Shown piece by piece: positions 47,111 to 56,908 of a stretch of 64,000 bases of DNA. The number at the start of each line of letters is the position of its first letter. The first letter of the stretch is position 1. A program made the translations under genes and the position numbers. Where the stretch lies: NCBI GenBank assembly GCA_040380025.1, contig JBEIJY010000007.1, forward strand, positions 1 through 64,000. Reading direction: 5' to 3'. The notes under the pieces were generated by a model. The model was not told the DNA's origin, did no database searches, and was given only the letters and a program-made list of their open reading frames with translations. The DNA comes from Bdellovibrionales bacterium. Lineage in GTDB: Bacteria; Bdellovibrionota; UBA1018; CAIMNF01.

Positions 47111-47965
47111 ATGAAACGGAACACCAATCACTCACCCCTCGCCGCTTCGCTGATCGGAGCGGGACTCATCCTCTCGGGAGCACTCTTCGGGGCAATCTCT
47201 GTCGCCCACGCCACCGGGTACAGCCCCTCCAAGATCATCGGGATCAATCCGCTCGTCCCGGTCAAGGTGGACGGGAGCAACATCCCCGAGGCCCTGCGAC
47301 CGACCCTCGATGCCTTCGGTCTGGTGGCCGTCGGGAACTCGGGGGCATGCTCGGGCACCCACATCGGCAACGGCTATGTCCTCACCGCCGGCCACTGCTT
47401 CATCGACGGCGATGGCCCGGGCGTTCTTTCGAACGAGGCCTGCGCCACCACCAAGCTCTACTGGGGCTACCGCGGATCTCCCGCCACCGGGACCCCGAAA
47501 CCCCTGGTGACCTTGGTCAGCAAATGCGTCAAAATCGTCCATGCCGAGCTGAATGACGATCGCGACTACGCCCTCCTGCAGGTCGATCAGATGCCCGCAT
47601 CGAGCATTCCGGTGGCGGTTGAACCCGCCCGGACAACCGCAGGAACCCCCATCACGATTTTCGGATACCCGATGGGACGCCCCCTGGAGTGGTCCCAATT
47701 CTGCTCCATTCAAAGAAGCACGGTGGTGGGAGCTCCGTTCGATCTTCCCTCGCGGATGGCGCACCAGTGCGACACCCAGCACGGAAACAGCGGCAGCAGC
47801 ATGCTGGCCCAAGGCGCGAACGGTGGTCTGAAAGTGGTGGGCATCCACGCCGCTTCGGCTCCGGACCCGATCCGCTACAACATGGGCACCTACATGCTCG
47901 ATATCCGCAAAGCCCTGCAACGCGCCGGGATCAACGTCGAACGGCTCTCGGGTGCGGCCCAATAG
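47111..47965 (+). CDS. Secreted trypsin-like serine protease
   Basis: CSGT, LTAGHC, DYALL and GNSGS catalytic triad motifs; signal peptide. Confidence 0.9.
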   Translation: MKRNTNHSPLAASLIGAGLILSGALFGAISVAHATGYSPSKIIGINPLVPVKVDGSNIPEALRPTLDAFGLVAVGNSGACSGTHIGNGYVLTAGHCFIDGDGPGVLSNEACATTKLYWGYRGSPATGTPKPLVTLVSKCVKIVHAELNDDRDYALLQVDQMPASSIPVAVEPARTTAGTPITIFGYPMGRPLEWSQFCSIQRSTVVGAPFDLPSRMAHQCDTQHGNSGSSMLAQGANGGLKVVGIHAASAPDPIRYNMGTYMLDIRKALQRAGINVERLSGAAQ

Positions 47966-48030
47966 CGCGGCCCAATCGTTCCGAAGAAGCGATTCCCATT
48001 TGCCCGGGGATCGCGTAAACTCCGGACCCC

Positions 48031-49170
48031 ATGAGCGAAATCAAAATCCGGGAAGTATCAGGAAAACGCGGCACCGAAGAATTCGTCGAGGTGGTCTGGA
48101 AGATCTGTGACCAAAAAAAATTCCCCGCCTGGGTCCCTCCTCTTCGATTGTCCGTGATCGAGAGCCTGGACACCAAAAAAAACCCTTTCTACCGGCGTGC
48201 TGAAATCCAGCTCTTCATCGCCGAAAAGGACGGGGCCCCGGTGGGACGGATCGCCGCGGTCGACAACCGCGGACACAACGAGTTCCACGGCGAGAAAACC
48301 GGATTCTACGGTTTTTTCGAGTGCATCAACGATCAGGAAGTCGCAAATCACCTGTTCCGGACCGCCGAAGCCTGGCTGAAAGCACGGGGGCTCGACAAAA
48401 TGGTGGGCCCGGTGAACCCTTCGACCAATCATGAGTGCGGACTTCTGATCGAGGGCACCGATCAGCACCCCACCGTCATGACCACCTGGAACCCCGATTA
48501 TTACGCTCCCCTACACGAAGGATTCGGACTGTCGAAGGCGAAGGATCTGGTGGCCTACCGGATCGAGCGCGAAAAAAATGCAGGACTCCCTCCGAAAGTC
48601 GTCAAATACGTCCAGCGCCTCCGCGAGCGGAATTCGCGAATCACTTTCCGCGACTTCAACCTGAAGGACTACAAGAACGAAGTTGACCGGTGTTTCGAGA
48701 TTTACAATTCCGCCTGGGAGAACAACTGGGGATTCTTCCCGATGACCCGCGAGGAGTTCGAATTCGCGGCAAAGGACATGAAGATGATCCTCGACCCCCG
48801 GATGGCCTTCATAGCCGAGGTCGACGGAAAACCCGCGGGATTCATGCTGGCCGTGCCAGACCTGAACCTCGTGCTGAAACGCATTCCGGACGGAAAGCTC
48901 CTCCCCACCGGGATCTTCAAGCTTCTGTTCGGAAAAAAACACATGAACAAGGTCCGCATCGTCACCTTGGGTGTGAAGCCCGAATTTCGCGGGAGCGGAA
49001 TCTTCGCGCTCTTCACCTTCGAGGCCTTCGACCGCGCCCATCGATATGGTTATTCGGAGGGGGAAGCCTCATGGATTCTCGAGGACAATGTCGCGATGAA
49101 CAAGCCGTGGGCGGACCTCGGAGCGCCTCGCCACCGTAGATGGCGAATTTACGAAAAATCCCTCGCATGA
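48031..49170 (+). CDS. GNAT-fold N-acetyltransferase-like protein (YghO-like)
   Basis: VGRIAA, GFFECIND, GPVNPSTNHECGLL, NSAWENNWGF, LGVKPEFRGSG, SWILEDN. Confidence 0.82.
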   Translation: MSEIKIREVSGKRGTEEFVEVVWKICDQKKFPAWVPPLRLSVIESLDTKKNPFYRRAEIQLFIAEKDGAPVGRIAAVDNRGHNEFHGEKTGFYGFFECINDQEVANHLFRTAEAWLKARGLDKMVGPVNPSTNHECGLLIEGTDQHPTVMTTWNPDYYAPLHEGFGLSKAKDLVAYRIEREKNAGLPPKVVKYVQRLRERNSRITFRDFNLKDYKNEVDRCFEIYNSAWENNWGFFPMTREEFEFAAKDMKMILDPRMAFIAEVDGKPAGFMLAVPDLNLVLKRIPDGKLLPTGIFKLLFGKKHMNKVRIVTLGVKPEFRGSGIFALFTFEAFDRAHRYGYSEGEASWILEDNVAMNKPWADLGAPRHRRWRIYEKSLA

Positions 49171-50336
49171 TGCGGCCATGGATTCTCCTCCTCTGCGTTC
49201 TTGGCTTCGCATCCGGGGCACACGGGCAGGACACGCCGACGATCGAAATCGACCCGGGGTCCCTCGGTTTTTCGGATGACCTCGGGTTCCGCGATCTCGA
49301 GCGCGCCATCCAACGCCAGATCGACGCTTACGATGAAGGCCGCGCAAATCTGGAAGGAAGAATCACCTTCGGAGCCCGGTCCTACCCGAAGAGTGTTCTC
49401 CGCGATACGCTCGTGCTGTTCCGGGAGATCGCGCGTGAGGGCGAGGAATGCCTTGCCTCGCTCCCGGACTCCGTGTGCCGGGAGCACTTTGACCGATCGA
49501 TCAAAAAAAGATTCCGGGTCTTCACACCGGCCGCCGGAACCTCGCGCTTCACTGCTTACTATAGTCCGGACTTCACGGGCGCCCTTGCTCCGACAGAACA
49601 GTTCCGGATCCCTTTGTATTCCGCGCCCTCCGATCCTGTTCTTCGGGCTTCGACCCGCGAGGACATCGTCTATCACGGCGTATTGGGTGGCCGCGGACTC
49701 GAGTGCGCCTGGATCGATGCCGATCTATTCGAGCTTTACTCCCTGCACATCGAGGGCGGGGGCCGGATCCGGCTGGTTGACCCGGTCTCAGGAGCGATCA
49801 CCACCAAATACCTCACGTATGACGGCAAAAACGGCCAACCACTCCGATTTTTTTCGAGGCTCATGGTCGAGCACGGCTGGCTTGATCCCTCCGACATGAG
49901 CCATGCGTCCCAGCACCGGGTGTTCCTCGAGCGACCTGAGATCCAGCGGATCCTGCATGCCGAAAGTCCGAGCTATGTTTATTTTCGGGTCACGGACGAA
50001 GAACCGGTCGGCATCGACTCGATTCCCTTGACCGAACGCCGCTCCTATGCGTATGATACTGCTTATTACCCCGTCTCGGGGATCTTAAGCTTCACCCGAC
50101 TGACCCGGAATGACGGCCGCGAGATCTCCCGCTTCATGCTGGGGCAAGACATTGGTGGCGCAATCAAGGGGCCGGCAAGGGCGGATCTGTATTTCGGGTT
50201 CGGCGAAGAGGCGAGAATCGCGGCCGAGAGCCTCGGAGCGGAGGGCCGGCAGTTTTTCTTGATCCGGAAGGATGCCCGATCAAAACCGAAGAAAACGAAA
50301 AAACGGCGGAAACCGATCCGCGGGACAAGAACATGA
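49167..50336 (+). CDS. mltA: Membrane-bound lytic murein transglycosylase A family protein
   Basis: FTAYYSP, LHIEGGGRI, PSYVYFR, QDIGGAIKGPARADLYFG (3D domain). Confidence 0.88.
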   Translation: MMRPWILLLCVLGFASGAHGQDTPTIEIDPGSLGFSDDLGFRDLERAIQRQIDAYDEGRANLEGRITFGARSYPKSVLRDTLVLFREIAREGEECLASLPDSVCREHFDRSIKKRFRVFTPAAGTSRFTAYYSPDFTGALAPTEQFRIPLYSAPSDPVLRASTREDIVYHGVLGGRGLECAWIDADLFELYSLHIEGGGRIRLVDPVSGAITTKYLTYDGKNGQPLRFFSRLMVEHGWLDPSDMSHASQHRVFLERPEIQRILHAESPSYVYFRVTDEEPVGIDSIPLTERRSYAYDTAYYPVSGILSFTRLTRNDGREISRFMLGQDIGGAIKGPARADLYFGFGEEARIAAESLGAEGRQFFLIRKDARSKPKKTKKRRKPIRGTRT

Positions 50337-51949
50337 AGCAACTCAGGAATCTGGACGAACAATCCAGACAATGGTTTTCACAGGCAGCCCTTTTTTCGAT
50401 CGCCTGTGTCGCGGTCATGGGAAAACCCTGGGAATCGCTGCTGCAGGCCTGGGACAGCTCCCTTCATGCCCGGGTCGCGCTGCAGGTCTCTTCGGGAGGA
50501 TGGCTTCCCCGCTTTCCGATGCAATGGATGAATCTGGACTTCTCCAACCCGGTCTACAATGACCACCCGTTCCCCTTGTTCTATCTTGCCGGAAAGTTCA
50601 TGCGTTTTTTCGGAGCCAATGCGTGGAGCGCGCGATTCCTTCCGTCTTTGTTCTCCGTGCTCGCGCTCGGGGTGCTGTACCGACTCGTTCGTACCCAATT
50701 CCATCACCGAATCGCGATCCTGGCTTCGGTTCTGGTCCTTTCGACTCCGATGTGGTTCCAGCACGGCGCCAAGTTCCAGCTCGATCCGGCCATGATTTTC
50801 TGGATCCTGATCTCGTTCGCACTTTGGCGGAAGGTGCATCTCCCGGGAACCATTTCGCTTGCTCCCGCTTTTCTTGCCGGTCTTGCCTCCGGTTTGGCCG
50901 TGGCGTTCAAGAACCCCGTGGGATTCCTTCTTCTGCCCGTGGCATGGATCGTGGATTTCGGATTCCAGAGCCACCGTTCCGTCCGGTCCTTGTTGGCCTA
51001 TGCCCTCCTCGGTGCGGGATCCCTCCTTCCTTCTCTTCTGATCTGGGCCATCACCATCCGTCTCGGAGGCTGGCATCTTTTCGAGGACTATTTTTCACGG
51101 CAGGTCCTCGGCAGCGCCCTTCACGGACGGGGCTACGGAAGCCCCATTGACCCGTTTTATTTCTGGAAGGTATTGCGACAGTCCTATCTTCCCGGGCTCC
51201 TGGTGTTGGCAGGATCCTGCATCGCGATCCTGCTTTCCGGGAATCGTCCCGGAATCACGATTCCGCGAAATCGCGATCTTCAAATTCATCTGGTGGCCGT
51301 GGCCGTCCTGGTGACAGTGCTGACGCTGATCCGGTTCAAGTATCCGTACTATTTTCTTCCCGTCTTTCCATTCCTTTCGGTCGTCGTAGCATGCGTTGTC
51401 GATCGCGCATTCCGGGCGGCCGGACGCACCTTCACCGCACGAACGATCGATCTTTTCCTGATCCCTGCCGGCCTGCTCCTGCCCCTGGCCTTGGTTGTTT
51501 TTCCGGTTTCGCTCACGGCGGAGCAGTTCCCTGCGATCCGGAAATTCATGCCCTTCATCCAGACCCACTCGAAACCGGGCGATCGGGTGATGTATGTCAA
51601 CCATGTCCAACCCTACGGCAATGACGGGGATACGTATGTGGAAATCGCATTCTATACCAACCGGGGCTTCACTTCGGCCTCTTGCGATGGTGCCGCAGGG
51701 AAGGTCGCCGAAGTTCGACCCGAGTGGATCATCACTTCCGGAACCGCCCCCGGGGATTGCCTGACCCCGGCCCTGCTCGGGCGTTATCCCTTCCGCGTGC
51801 GGGCGGGAAATCAGTTCCTCCTGTCATCGCGCGATATTCCGGCCGAAAACGGAGTTTTCGATCTGACCCCGCTGTATCTCGAGCTCAATGCGACCGTGGA
51901 TGACGAGCCACCTCCGCTCCCGAAGAATCAGTTTCACCGGTACGAGTGA
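50333..51949 (+). CDS. ArnT/PMT-like (GT-C, GT39/GT83) glycosyltransferase
   Basis: WD..H, DHPFPLFY, WSARF, LDP, FKNPVG, YFLPVFP; many TM segments. Confidence 0.82.
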   Translation: MKQLRNLDEQSRQWFSQAALFSIACVAVMGKPWESLLQAWDSSLHARVALQVSSGGWLPRFPMQWMNLDFSNPVYNDHPFPLFYLAGKFMRFFGANAWSARFLPSLFSVLALGVLYRLVRTQFHHRIAILASVLVLSTPMWFQHGAKFQLDPAMIFWILISFALWRKVHLPGTISLAPAFLAGLASGLAVAFKNPVGFLLLPVAWIVDFGFQSHRSVRSLLAYALLGAGSLLPSLLIWAITIRLGGWHLFEDYFSRQVLGSALHGRGYGSPIDPFYFWKVLRQSYLPGLLVLAGSCIAILLSGNRPGITIPRNRDLQIHLVAVAVLVTVLTLIRFKYPYYFLPVFPFLSVVVACVVDRAFRAAGRTFTARTIDLFLIPAGLLLPLALVVFPVSLTAEQFPAIRKFMPFIQTHSKPGDRVMYVNHVQPYGNDGDTYVEIAFYTNRGFTSASCDGAAGKVAEVRPEWIITSGTAPGDCLTPALLGRYPFRVRAGNQFLLSSRDIPAENGVFDLTPLYLELNATVDDEPPPLPKNQFHRYE

Positions 51950-51951
51950 AT

Positions 51952-52371
51952 TCAACCGAGAACCGCCAGCGCGAACTTGCCCCACATCCAGAACAAAGCA
52001 ATGCACGAAAGGAAATAGGCGGTAAACCGCAGGGTGATGATATTCACCGTGCAATGAACGAGGCTGTGCACGGCCCGGAAGGCCACAAACGCCCAAGCGC
52101 CTTTTTCATAAAGGGGATCCGAATCGCCCCCGTGGATCAGAAGAAGCATCAGCACGAAAAACAGTACCGGCACTTCGAACAGATTCTCGAAATTGTCCGA
52201 AGGGTTCGTCGCATCGCGGATCCTTTGGTATCCCTCTTCGGTCCTGAGATCCTCGATCGCGACCCGATTCCGGATCATCGATGAAAGCCGGGTCAGATAC
52301 ATCCAGCACCATACCAGCACCGTGAGCGCGATCTGGGCAAGGACCGGAAGAACAAGAGGATGGTGGTTCAT
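51952..52371 (-). CDS. MAPEG family membrane protein
   Basis: NFENLFEVPVLFF, AWAFVAFRAVHSLVH. Confidence 0.88.
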   Translation of the reverse strand: MNHHPLVLPVLAQIALTVLVWCWMYLTRLSSMIRNRVAIEDLRTEEGYQRIRDATNPSDNFENLFEVPVLFFVLMLLLIHGGDSDPLYEKGAWAFVAFRAVHSLVHCTVNIITLRFTAYFLSCIALFWMWGKFALAVLG

Positions 52372-52445
52372 GGCTTCATGATCCCGAAATTCCGTGCCGA
52401 TCGCAAGTCTTTCGACAATGGGATTTTTGGCTCATCACCCATGAT

Positions 52446-53177
52446 TCACAACCCGAGCGTCATTTCCGAATACCCGTAGCGGTAATACGTGCCGACCGGA
52501 GAGCCATCGGTGGCCGAGGGGAACACGCTTCCCTCCTCGATGACGACATCGCCTTTATACCAAGAGGACTGCGCATTGGAGGCTTCGGGCTTCAATCGCA
52601 GTTCGATCCCGAAGCCGATGCCCGCCCCTGATTTTTTCTTTTCGAGAAAGGCCGAAAGATACGGCGTCTTGATTGAACTGTTCTGCACCGGATTCGGGAT
52701 GACATACCGGAGCGGCCTGGTGTTCGCGGGCAAGCCTCCGTTCAGGGGATTGTCCGGATTGAAAGGATCGCAAAGGATGCGCATCTCCTTGTCGATCGAA
52801 CAGTTTTCGTCCTGCGAGGTCCAGCTCATCATGAACAGGCTCTTCATTCCGAGCTCCAGAAGGATCTCGGCGTTTTTTCCGATGATCGCCGATCGCTCCT
52901 CCTGGATTTGCGGCTCGTCCCGTCCCTCGATCTCGCGCAGACGTCTTTTGTTCTTGCTCAGAAGATTGGTCTGCTCGAAGATTGCCCGCCATTCCTCGAC
53001 CGAATAGTCCTTCGGAAAGATCACCACGAACAGCTCCCGGACTCGCATTCCCCGTAGCCCTTCGATCCTTGATGCGTCCACGCGGTATGGCTCACCGGAA
53101 CGCACCTCGGGCGGGGAATCCGCAGAGCAACCCATCAATCCTGCACACAACCATAAAACCGGAATCAGGCTCTTCAT
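52446..53177 (-). CDS. Hypothetical lipoprotein
   Basis: AAGGAGG SD; MKSLIPVLWLCAGLMGC lipobox. Confidence 0.72.
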   Translation of the reverse strand: MKSLIPVLWLCAGLMGCSADSPPEVRSGEPYRVDASRIEGLRGMRVRELFVVIFPKDYSVEEWRAIFEQTNLLSKNKRRLREIEGRDEPQIQEERSAIIGKNAEILLELGMKSLFMMSWTSQDENCSIDKEMRILCDPFNPDNPLNGGLPANTRPLRYVIPNPVQNSSIKTPYLSAFLEKKKSGAGIGFGIELRLKPEASNAQSSWYKGDVVIEEGSVFPSATDGSPVGTYYRYGYSEMTLGL

Positions 53178-53185
53178 GTGCCTCC

Positions 53186-54436
53186 TTAAAAAAACATCGA
53201 CCCTTGGAGCTGGATCACCGGCTCCGCGATCGCATTCCGTCCTCCCAGGGGGATTCCCACCCCGAGCTCCGCAACGGCAGGAAACAAAAACCCGCCTTCC
53301 AGAAAACTTTGAATCGAATTCAGATCGAACGAAAAATAAGACGAAACCAGCTCGCTCGAGGTGCGGCCGGAGGCGATGGCATACTGGGAACCCGAGTACG
53401 TGGAACCGGTGATCGTCTCCTGGAATCGCTTTTGATAAACCATTCCCGCATTCAGGCTGACCCACTTCGGAAAAGAATACCGGAGCTGGGCCTGGGTCTG
53501 CACCCTGCTTCCCCCGCTCACGCGGGCATCCTCCTCGATGAGCTCGTTCATCTGATCGGCGGCATTCAAGGGGATTCTCCGCGCCCGCGTGGCATCGAAA
53601 AGGTACGTCCCCGAGACACCGAGATTCGCCTGAAACCGCCCCGGAAGGGGTTGTTCGAGCGCATACTTGAAGGATACTCCCCAACGGCGTTCCCCCGCAC
53701 GAAGCCCGTAAAGATCATGAATGTCCTGATCGGTCGCCGTGGGGAGCACGATCCCGGGCTGGATCGAGTGCCGGAGCTCTCCCTTTCTTCCCGAGAACAC
53801 CTTCATCACGTTCACTTGCACGTCGCCCAGATAGCTCCGGTTCAAGTTCGGATCCCAGGCAAGATCGGCGTTGTACAGTTTGCTCTCCAGACTCGTGTTC
53901 AGGGCCGCGGTCATCTCGTTTGCGACCGAGACCTGGTCGTTTTCGCTCAAGCGGCTCAAAAACGACTGAGTCGACGAGCTCTCTTGGAACTCGTATGCGG
54001 CCCGGATGTTGAAAGTCAGGACCGGCACCGACACAAAGACCCCGATGTCATCGGTGATGCCATAACCGAGGACCGGGATTTTTCCGTTCACCGTTCCTTG
54101 GATGGATCCCGTCATCGTCCCGGCCGAATCCGAAAGGTTCACTCCGTTCGCCAAAAACAGACCGGCAAGCTGGTTCCCCCGTGCAGGGTCCTCACTTGTG
54201 ATGCGCTGAAACGAGATGTCCTGATTGAAGTTGCTCGAAAGAGAGGTCTGCTCGCCACTTGCGCCATACATGGTATCGATCGACGCATTCACTGCGACGA
54301 ACGACACCATGAAGCGGCCGCGAGGAAGAGTCCCCACCTGCTCGCGCACATACGACGAAAGAATCTGCGCACGCGCTTCGGGGAAAAAGAAGCCGGAAGC
54401 GAGGACCAGCAGCCATGCCATTTCGAGAATTTTCAT
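53186..54436 (-). CDS. Hypothetical outer-membrane (beta-barrel-like) protein
   Basis: Signal peptide, amphipathic strands, C-terminal IQLQGSMFF ending in Phe. Confidence 0.68.
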   Translation of the reverse strand: MKILEMAWLLVLASGFFFPEARAQILSSYVREQVGTLPRGRFMVSFVAVNASIDTMYGASGEQTSLSSNFNQDISFQRITSEDPARGNQLAGLFLANGVNLSDSAGTMTGSIQGTVNGKIPVLGYGITDDIGVFVSVPVLTFNIRAAYEFQESSSTQSFLSRLSENDQVSVANEMTAALNTSLESKLYNADLAWDPNLNRSYLGDVQVNVMKVFSGRKGELRHSIQPGIVLPTATDQDIHDLYGLRAGERRWGVSFKYALEQPLPGRFQANLGVSGTYLFDATRARRIPLNAADQMNELIEEDARVSGGSRVQTQAQLRYSFPKWVSLNAGMVYQKRFQETITGSTYSGSQYAIASGRTSSELVSSYFSFDLNSIQSFLEGGFLFPAVAELGVGIPLGGRNAIAEPVIQLQGSMFF

Positions 54437-54468
54437 TCCCCGTCCCCTCCCCCCGGGATTCCGGATCC

Positions 54469-55266
54469 TCAGCCGCCGAGCCGGGCGAGCAGATCGCGCG
54501 CGGCCTTGCGATCCCGTTCGATCTCGGGCTTCAGGTTCCGGAGCGGTTCTTCGGGATAAGGATCAAGCTCGCGATCGCTCATCGAAAGAAACCGATTCAG
54601 AACGGTCCGTGCCTCGTTCTTTTTGCCATTCACCTGAAGGATTTTTGCATACGCCAGATGATTCGCGCACATCGAGGGGCTTCCTTTCAGCGCATCGAGC
54701 AAGGTTTTTTCGGCGAGGGATTTGTCGCCGCCCACGATCGCGGGCATCTGCGTGTGCATGGTGCCGAGTACGCGCGCGGGCCCGTGGGAGTGAAGAGGCG
54801 CATTCAGCGAGATCGCCTTTCTGAGATCATCCTGAATCGATCGAAGCACTCCGAACAGAGTGCGGGGCAGGGCCTGGCCCCGGTCCTTCTGCATGGCATC
54901 GAAGCTGACAAACACGGCTCGCCAGTAAAAAAGTCCGGCACTCTCCGAGACCTCGCGGGAATACCGCCCGAGGAGTTCCATTGCTTTCCGGATCGCATCG
55001 ACCTCGGTCTGCGTTTTGGGTGAATCATTCACCATCGCCGAGAGCGCAATGAACTGTCGTTCATAAACCGACTCGCGCTGATCGAGCGGCAACTCCACCC
55101 GGAGCTTTTCGTAACATTCGACCGAGGCGGGAAGATTCGCTCCGCGCAGGGAATAGAGCTGATCGCAAGAATCGAGAGATTCGACGGATTCGAAGTCTGC
55201 GCGCGCGGGAAAAGAAACGACTGCGGAACCGACGAGGAACGCCAAGCCAACGAAAATCGTTTTCAT
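54469..55266 (-). CDS. Secreted helical-repeat protein, TRAP TatT-component-like
   Basis: Signal peptide; YWRA...GPARVLG..H.QMPAIVGGD...NHLAYA pattern recalled from TatT/TPR-like proteins. Confidence 0.55.
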   Translation of the reverse strand: MKTIFVGLAFLVGSAVVSFPARADFESVESLDSCDQLYSLRGANLPASVECYEKLRVELPLDQRESVYERQFIALSAMVNDSPKTQTEVDAIRKAMELLGRYSREVSESAGLFYWRAVFVSFDAMQKDRGQALPRTLFGVLRSIQDDLRKAISLNAPLHSHGPARVLGTMHTQMPAIVGGDKSLAEKTLLDALKGSPSMCANHLAYAKILQVNGKKNEARTVLNRFLSMSDRELDPYPEEPLRNLKPEIERDRKAARDLLARLGG

Positions 55267-55322
55267 TGACCAAGAAGTACCCCACACAAACCGGGAGATC
55301 AAGTTTTTTAAATGAATAAAAT

Positions 55323-56858
55323 TTACATTTTGAGATTGCGCAAAAAGAAGTATCCGATCGGGTTGATGGAGAACCCCTTCACGGCAGAAGAAACCAGTGC
55401 CTCGTTTTCTTCATAAAAGAGCGGTAGAACGGCGGCATCCCGCACCTGGAGGATGTTCTGGGCCTCCTTGTACAGAAGATCGCGCTTCACCGTGTTCCAA
55501 TCCTCGCGCGCCTTCCGGATGTTCTCATCGACCTTCGAGTTCGAGTACCGGGTCATGTTGTTTCCGGTGCCGGTCTCGAAGAGACCCATGAAGGTGTCCC
55601 CGTCGGGATAATCCGCGGCCCACACCATGAGCATGAGCGGAAAATTCGCGGTCTGCAGCTGGCTCCGGAAGATCTTGTGGTCGAACGCCTGGATTTGCAG
55701 GTCCAAGCCGAGATTCTTCTTGAGTTCGCTCTGAATGTACTGGGTCATGATCTGCGGACGCTCGCTGTTTCTCGAAACGATCTCGAGCTTGAGGGTTTTC
55801 GGATCGAGCCCGGATTTTTTGAGATACTCCTTGGCCTTCGCCGGATCGAACTGGATTCCGATCTTCGGGTCATAGCCCGTGACCTTCGGAGGAATCATCG
55901 TGGAGGCAACCTTTTGAGTTCCGTTCAGAACGCTCGGAATCGGCTTTCGGTTGATCGCGTGGGCGATCGCAAGCCGCAGGTTCGCGTTCTCGGCGATCGA
56001 GCCTTTGGTGCGGAAGGCGAGGTAGTGGGTTTTTAGATAGGGAAAGGTCTTGAACTGCGGCATGGGCCGCGCGACCTTCAGGTCGTTGGGCGAAAGATCC
56101 TGCATCATCTGGATCCCGCCCGAGCGGAACACATTGAGCGCAGTCGAGCTGTCCTTGATGATCATGGCGACGACTTCGGTCACGTTCCCCATGCTCCGCC
56201 AGTATTTCGGATTCGCCTTCAGAACGATTTTGGTCTGCATCTGGTAACTGTCGAGCAGATACGGCCCGAGGCTCACCATCTTGCCGGGCTTCGCCCACTG
56301 CGCCCCCTCGCGGTCGATCACATCCTTGCGGATCGGAAAAAGCGGCCAAAAGCCCGTGAGATACTGAAAATACGCGACCGGATGCTTCAAGGTCACCACC
56401 AGCGTGGCATCGTCCTTCGCCGACACCCCCACCTTCGAAAAATCCCCGAGAGATCCTTTGTGGAATTCCTCGGCGTTCACCAGGTCAAACAAAAGGTAGG
56501 CGTAAGGGGCTCCGGTGGAGGCGGTCAGCAGACGCTTCCAGCCCTCGACGAAATCTTGCGCCCGCAGCGGTGCCCCGTCCGACCAGCGGATGTTCGGACG
56601 AAGACGGAAGGTATACGTCTTTTGATCCTTCGAAACCTCGACCTTGCTGGCAAGACAAGGAACGGGCTTCAGCTTTTCGTCGATTTCGGTCAGCCCCTCC
56701 ATGACGTTCATCACGATCGGGGTCTCGATCAGGGTGCTCGCGAGGTTCCAGTCCAAGGTGACGGGCTCGGCAAGAAGGCGGAACTTGAAAGTCGCCGCCT
56801 GGGACACGGAAGCCCAAAGAAACAACATCAGCGCGATCAACGAAAATCGATTTTTCAT
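55323..56858 (-). CDS. Oligopeptide ABC transporter substrate-binding protein (OppA family)
   Basis: EPVTLD, EGL, YTFRLR...WSDG, LGPYLL, WAADYPD. Confidence 0.92.
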   Translation of the reverse strand: MKNRFSLIALMLFLWASVSQAATFKFRLLAEPVTLDWNLASTLIETPIVMNVMEGLTEIDEKLKPVPCLASKVEVSKDQKTYTFRLRPNIRWSDGAPLRAQDFVEGWKRLLTASTGAPYAYLLFDLVNAEEFHKGSLGDFSKVGVSAKDDATLVVTLKHPVAYFQYLTGFWPLFPIRKDVIDREGAQWAKPGKMVSLGPYLLDSYQMQTKIVLKANPKYWRSMGNVTEVVAMIIKDSSTALNVFRSGGIQMMQDLSPNDLKVARPMPQFKTFPYLKTHYLAFRTKGSIAENANLRLAIAHAINRKPIPSVLNGTQKVASTMIPPKVTGYDPKIGIQFDPAKAKEYLKKSGLDPKTLKLEIVSRNSERPQIMTQYIQSELKKNLGLDLQIQAFDHKIFRSQLQTANFPLMLMVWAADYPDGDTFMGLFETGTGNNMTRYSNSKVDENIRKAREDWNTVKRDLLYKEAQNILQVRDAAVLPLFYEENEALVSSAVKGFSINPIGYFFLRNLKM

Positions 56859-56908
56859 GGACCTAAACCCTATCGAAGGAAAGAAAAAAACGCTAGACTG
56901 GAACCCGT

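Noticed and set aside
52385..52402. Sigma54-like GGCACG upstream of the MAPEG gene (minus strand)
   Set aside because: It lacks the GC dinucleotide at the -12 position.
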